A stretch of 64,000 nucleotides of DNA from contig OZ024741.1 in assembly GCA_964016885.1 (NCBI GenBank), positions 407,836,001 to 407,900,000 on the forward strand, in the 5' to 3' direction. The notes below the pieces were generated by a model. It did no database searches, was not told where the DNA came from, and saw only the letters and a program-made list of their open reading frames with translations. The translations under genes were made by a program, and so were the position numbers. Below, one piece after another: positions 61,201 to 64,000 of this stretch. Each line of letters opens with the position of its first letter. The first letter of the stretch is position 1. The DNA comes from Eledone cirrhosa. Its lineage: Eukaryota.

Positions 61201-63720
61201 GTTGGTGGTAGTGTTGGTACTGGTGGTGTTGGTGGTAGTGTTGGTACTTGTGGTGTTGCTGGTAGTGTTCGTTCTGGTGGTGTTGGTGCTAGTGTTGGTA
61301 CTGGTGGTGTTGGTGGTAGTGTTTATACTGGTGGTGTTGGTGTTGGTGGTAGTGTTGGTACTGGTGGTGTTGGTGGTAGTGTTGGTACTGGTGGTGTCGC
61401 TGGTAGTGTTGGTACTGGTGGTGTTGGTGGTAGTGTTGGTACTGGCGGTGTTGGTGGTAGTGTTGTTACTGGTGGTGTTGGTGGTAGTGTTGGTACTGGT
61501 GGTGTTGCTGGTAGTGTTGGTGGTAGTGTTGTTACTGGTGGTGTTGGTGGTAGTGTTGGTGTTGGTGGTAGTGTTGGTACTGGTGGTGTTGCTGGTAGAG
61601 TTGGTACTGGTGGTGTTGGTGGTAGTGTTGGTTCTGCTGGTGTTGGTGGTAGTGTTTATACTGGTGGTGTTGGTGTTGGTGGTTGTGTTGGTACTGGTGG
61701 TGTTGGTGGTAGTTTTGGTATTGGTGGTGTTGGTGGTAGTGTTGTTACAGGTGGTGTTGGTGGTAGTTTCGGTATTGGTGGTGTTGGTGGTAGTGTTTAT
61801 ACTGGTGTTGTTAGTGGTTGTGTTGGTACTGGTGGTGTTGTTGGTAGTGTTGGTACTGGTGGTGTTGGTACTGGTGGTGTAGGTGGTAGTGTTGCTACTG
61901 CTGGTGTTGGTGGTAGTGTTGGTACTGGTGGTGTTGTTGGTAGTGTTGGTACTGGTGTTGTTGGTGGTAGTGTTGGTACTGGTGGTGTTGGTGGTAGTGT
62001 TTATACTGGTGGTGTTGGTGTTGGTGGTAGTGTTGGTACTGGTGGTGTTGGTGGTAGTGTTGTTACTGGTGGTGTTGGTACTGGTGGTGTTGCTGGTAGT
62101 GTTGGTACTGGTAGTGTTGGTGGTAATGTTGGTACTGGTGGTGTTGGTGGTAGTGTTGGTACTGGCGGTGTTGCTGGTAGTGTTGTTACAGGTGGTGTTG
62201 GTGGTAGTGTTGGTACTGGTGGTGTTGCTGGTAGTGTTGGTACTGGTGGTGTTGGTGGTAGTGTTGTTACTGGTGGTGTTGGTGGTAGTGTTGGTGTTGG
62301 TGGTAGTGTTGGTACTGGTGGTGTTGCTGGTAGTGTTGGTACTGGTAGTGTTGGTGGTAGTGTTGGTACTGGTGGTGTTGGTGGTAGTGTTGGTACTGGT
62401 GGTGTTGGTGGTAGTGTTGGTACTGGTAGTGTTGGTGGTAGTGTTGGTACTGGTGGTGTTGCTGGTATTGTTGGTACTGGTGGTGTTGGTGGTAGTGTTG
62501 GTACTGGTGGTGTTGCTGGTAGTGTTGGTACTGGTAGTGTTGGTGGTAGTGTTGGTACTGGTGGTGTTGGTGGTAGTGTTGGTACTGGTGGTGTTGGTGG
62601 TAGTGTTGGTTCTTGTGGTGTTGCTGGTAGTGTTGGTACTGGTAGTGTTGGTGGTAGTGTTGGTACTGGTGGTGTTGGTGGTAGTGTTGGTACTGGTGGT
62701 GTTGCTGGTAGTGTTGGTACTGGTAGTGTTGGTGGTAGTGTTGGTACTGGTGGTGTTGCTGGTAGTGTTGGTACTGGTGGTGTTGGTGGTTGTGTTGATA
62801 CTGGTGGTGTTGGTGGTAGTGGTGGTGTTGGTACAGGTGGTGTTGGTGGTAGTGTTGGTACTGGTGGTGTTGGTGCTAGTGTTGGTACCAGTGGTGTTGG
62901 TGGTAGTGTTGGTACTGGTGGTGTTGGTGGTATTCTTGGTACTGGTAGTATTGGTGGTAGTGTTGGTACTGGTGGTAGTGTTGGTACTGGTGGTGTTGGT
63001 GGTAGTGTTGGTACTGGTAGTGTTGGTGGTAGTGTTGGTACTGGTGGTGTTGGTGGTATTCTTGGTACTGGTAGTATGGGTGGTAGTGTTGGTACTGGTG
63101 GTGTTGTTGGTAGTGTTGGTACTGGTGTTGTTGGTCGTTGTGTTGGTACTGGTGGTGTTGGTGGAAGTTGGTACTGGTGGTGTTGGTGGTAGTGTTGGTA
63201 ATGGTTGTATTGGTGGTAGTTGGTACTGGTGGTGTTGGTACTGGTGGTGTTGGTGGTAGTTGGTACTTCTGGTGTTGGTGGTAGTTGGTACTGGTGGTGT
63301 TTGTGGTAGTGTTGGTAAAGGTGGTGTTGGTGGTATTCTTGGTACTGGTGGTGTTGGTTGTAGTGTTGGTACTGATGCTGTTGGTGGTAGTGTTGTTACA
63401 GGTGGTGTTGTTGGTAGTGTTGGTACTGGTGGTGTTGGTGGTAGTGTTTATACTGCTCGTGTTGGTGATAGTGTTGTTACAGGTGGTGTTGATGGTAGTC
63501 TTGGTACTGGTGGTGTTGGTGGTAGTGTTGGTTCTGGTGGTGTTGGTGGTAGTGTTTATACTGGTAGTGTTGGTGTTGGTGGTAGTATTGGTACTGGTGT
63601 TGTTGGTGTTTGTGTTGTTACAGGTGGTGTTGGTGGTAGTGTTGGTACTGGTGGTGTCGGTGGTAGTGTTTATACTGGTGGTGTCGGTGGTAGTGTTTAT
63701 ACTGGTGGTGTTGGTGGTAG
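46300..63720. repeat. Mosaic HOR domain of 1-5 kb units delimited by the junction variant GGTTGAAGTTGGTACT
   Basis: The junction TGA ends at 46327, 47308, 48464, 51546, 53897, 55168 and 60064. GTTCCTACTGCT is at about 51750, 55372 and 60268. Dispersed copies are seen at 49234/58647 (offset 9413) and 56736/63285 (offset 6549). Confidence 0.8.
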
Positions 63721-64000
63721 TGTAGGTACTGGTGGTGTTGGTGGTAGTGTTGGTACTGGTGGTGTTGGTGGTAGTGTTGGTTCTGGTGGTGTTGGTGGTA
63801 GTGTTGGTATTGGTGGTGTTGGTGGTAGTGTTGGTACTGGTGGTGTTGGTGGTAGTGTTGGTATTGGTGGTGTTGGTGGTAGTGTTGGTACTGATGGTGT
63901 TGGTGGTAGTGTCGGTACTGATGGTGTTGGTGGTAGTGTTGGTACTGATGGTGTTGGTGGTAGTGTTGGTACTGATGGTGTTGGTGGTAGTGTTGGTACT

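Larger units (their letters stand above)
1..64000. repeat. 27-bp G/T-rich tandem repeat array (satellite / giant minisatellite), consensus AGTGTTGGTACTGGTGGTGTTGGTGGT
   Basis: Seen directly. The monomer starts at 1, 28 and 55 and recurs head-to-tail to position 64000, with point variants and small indels. There is no unique interruption or inversion. It has an underlying NNT triplet periodicity and one GTAC (RsaI) site per consensus monomer. Confidence 0.98.

Noticed and set aside
1-64000. CRISPR array (repeat length is in range)
   Set aside because: The monomers abut directly, with no unique spacers, leader, palindrome or cas genes.
1-64000. Pure sequencing or basecalling artefact, or synthetic concatemer
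   Set aside because: Ordered rare variants reproduced at fixed kb-scale offsets, with nested history, are hard to produce by noise. Copy number could still be misassembled.
1-64000. tRNA, rRNA, structured ncRNA, terminators, promoters, transposon ends
   Set aside because: The near absence of C and A on the + strand precludes extended Watson-Crick stems. I saw no inverted repeats or unique motifs.

Overview
The whole 64 kb window is one uninterrupted tandem array of a 27-bp monomer, consensus AGT GTT GGT ACT GGT GGT GTT GGT GGT (about 2,370 copies by 64000/27). It continues past both window edges, keeps a single orientation and contains no unique sequence. The + strand is about 89% G+T (consensus G13 T11 A2 C1) and is a degenerate (GGT)n. 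Five of six frames of the consensus have no stop codon (+ SVGTGGVGG, + VLVLVVLVV, - TTNTTSTNT, - PPTPPVPTL, - HQHHQYQHY), which explains the entire ORF track. I therefore call no CDS, RNA gene, mobile element or CRISPR. Variant monomers reveal nested higher-order repeats (HORs) at 188/189 bp, about 1.5-1.6 kb, 2.3 kb, 3.0-3.3 kb and a ~9.7 kb block repeated 21.4 kb away. They also show frameshifts inherited between copies and a left-to-right turnover of variants. The best reading is non-coding satellite or macro-minisatellite DNA, probably eukaryotic (inference). A weaker alternative is a decayed or amplified Thr/Asn/Ser mucin-like coding repeat on the minus strand. I found no multi-gene system. 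Block boundaries are approximate because they were read by eye from marker variants and ORF-track offsets.
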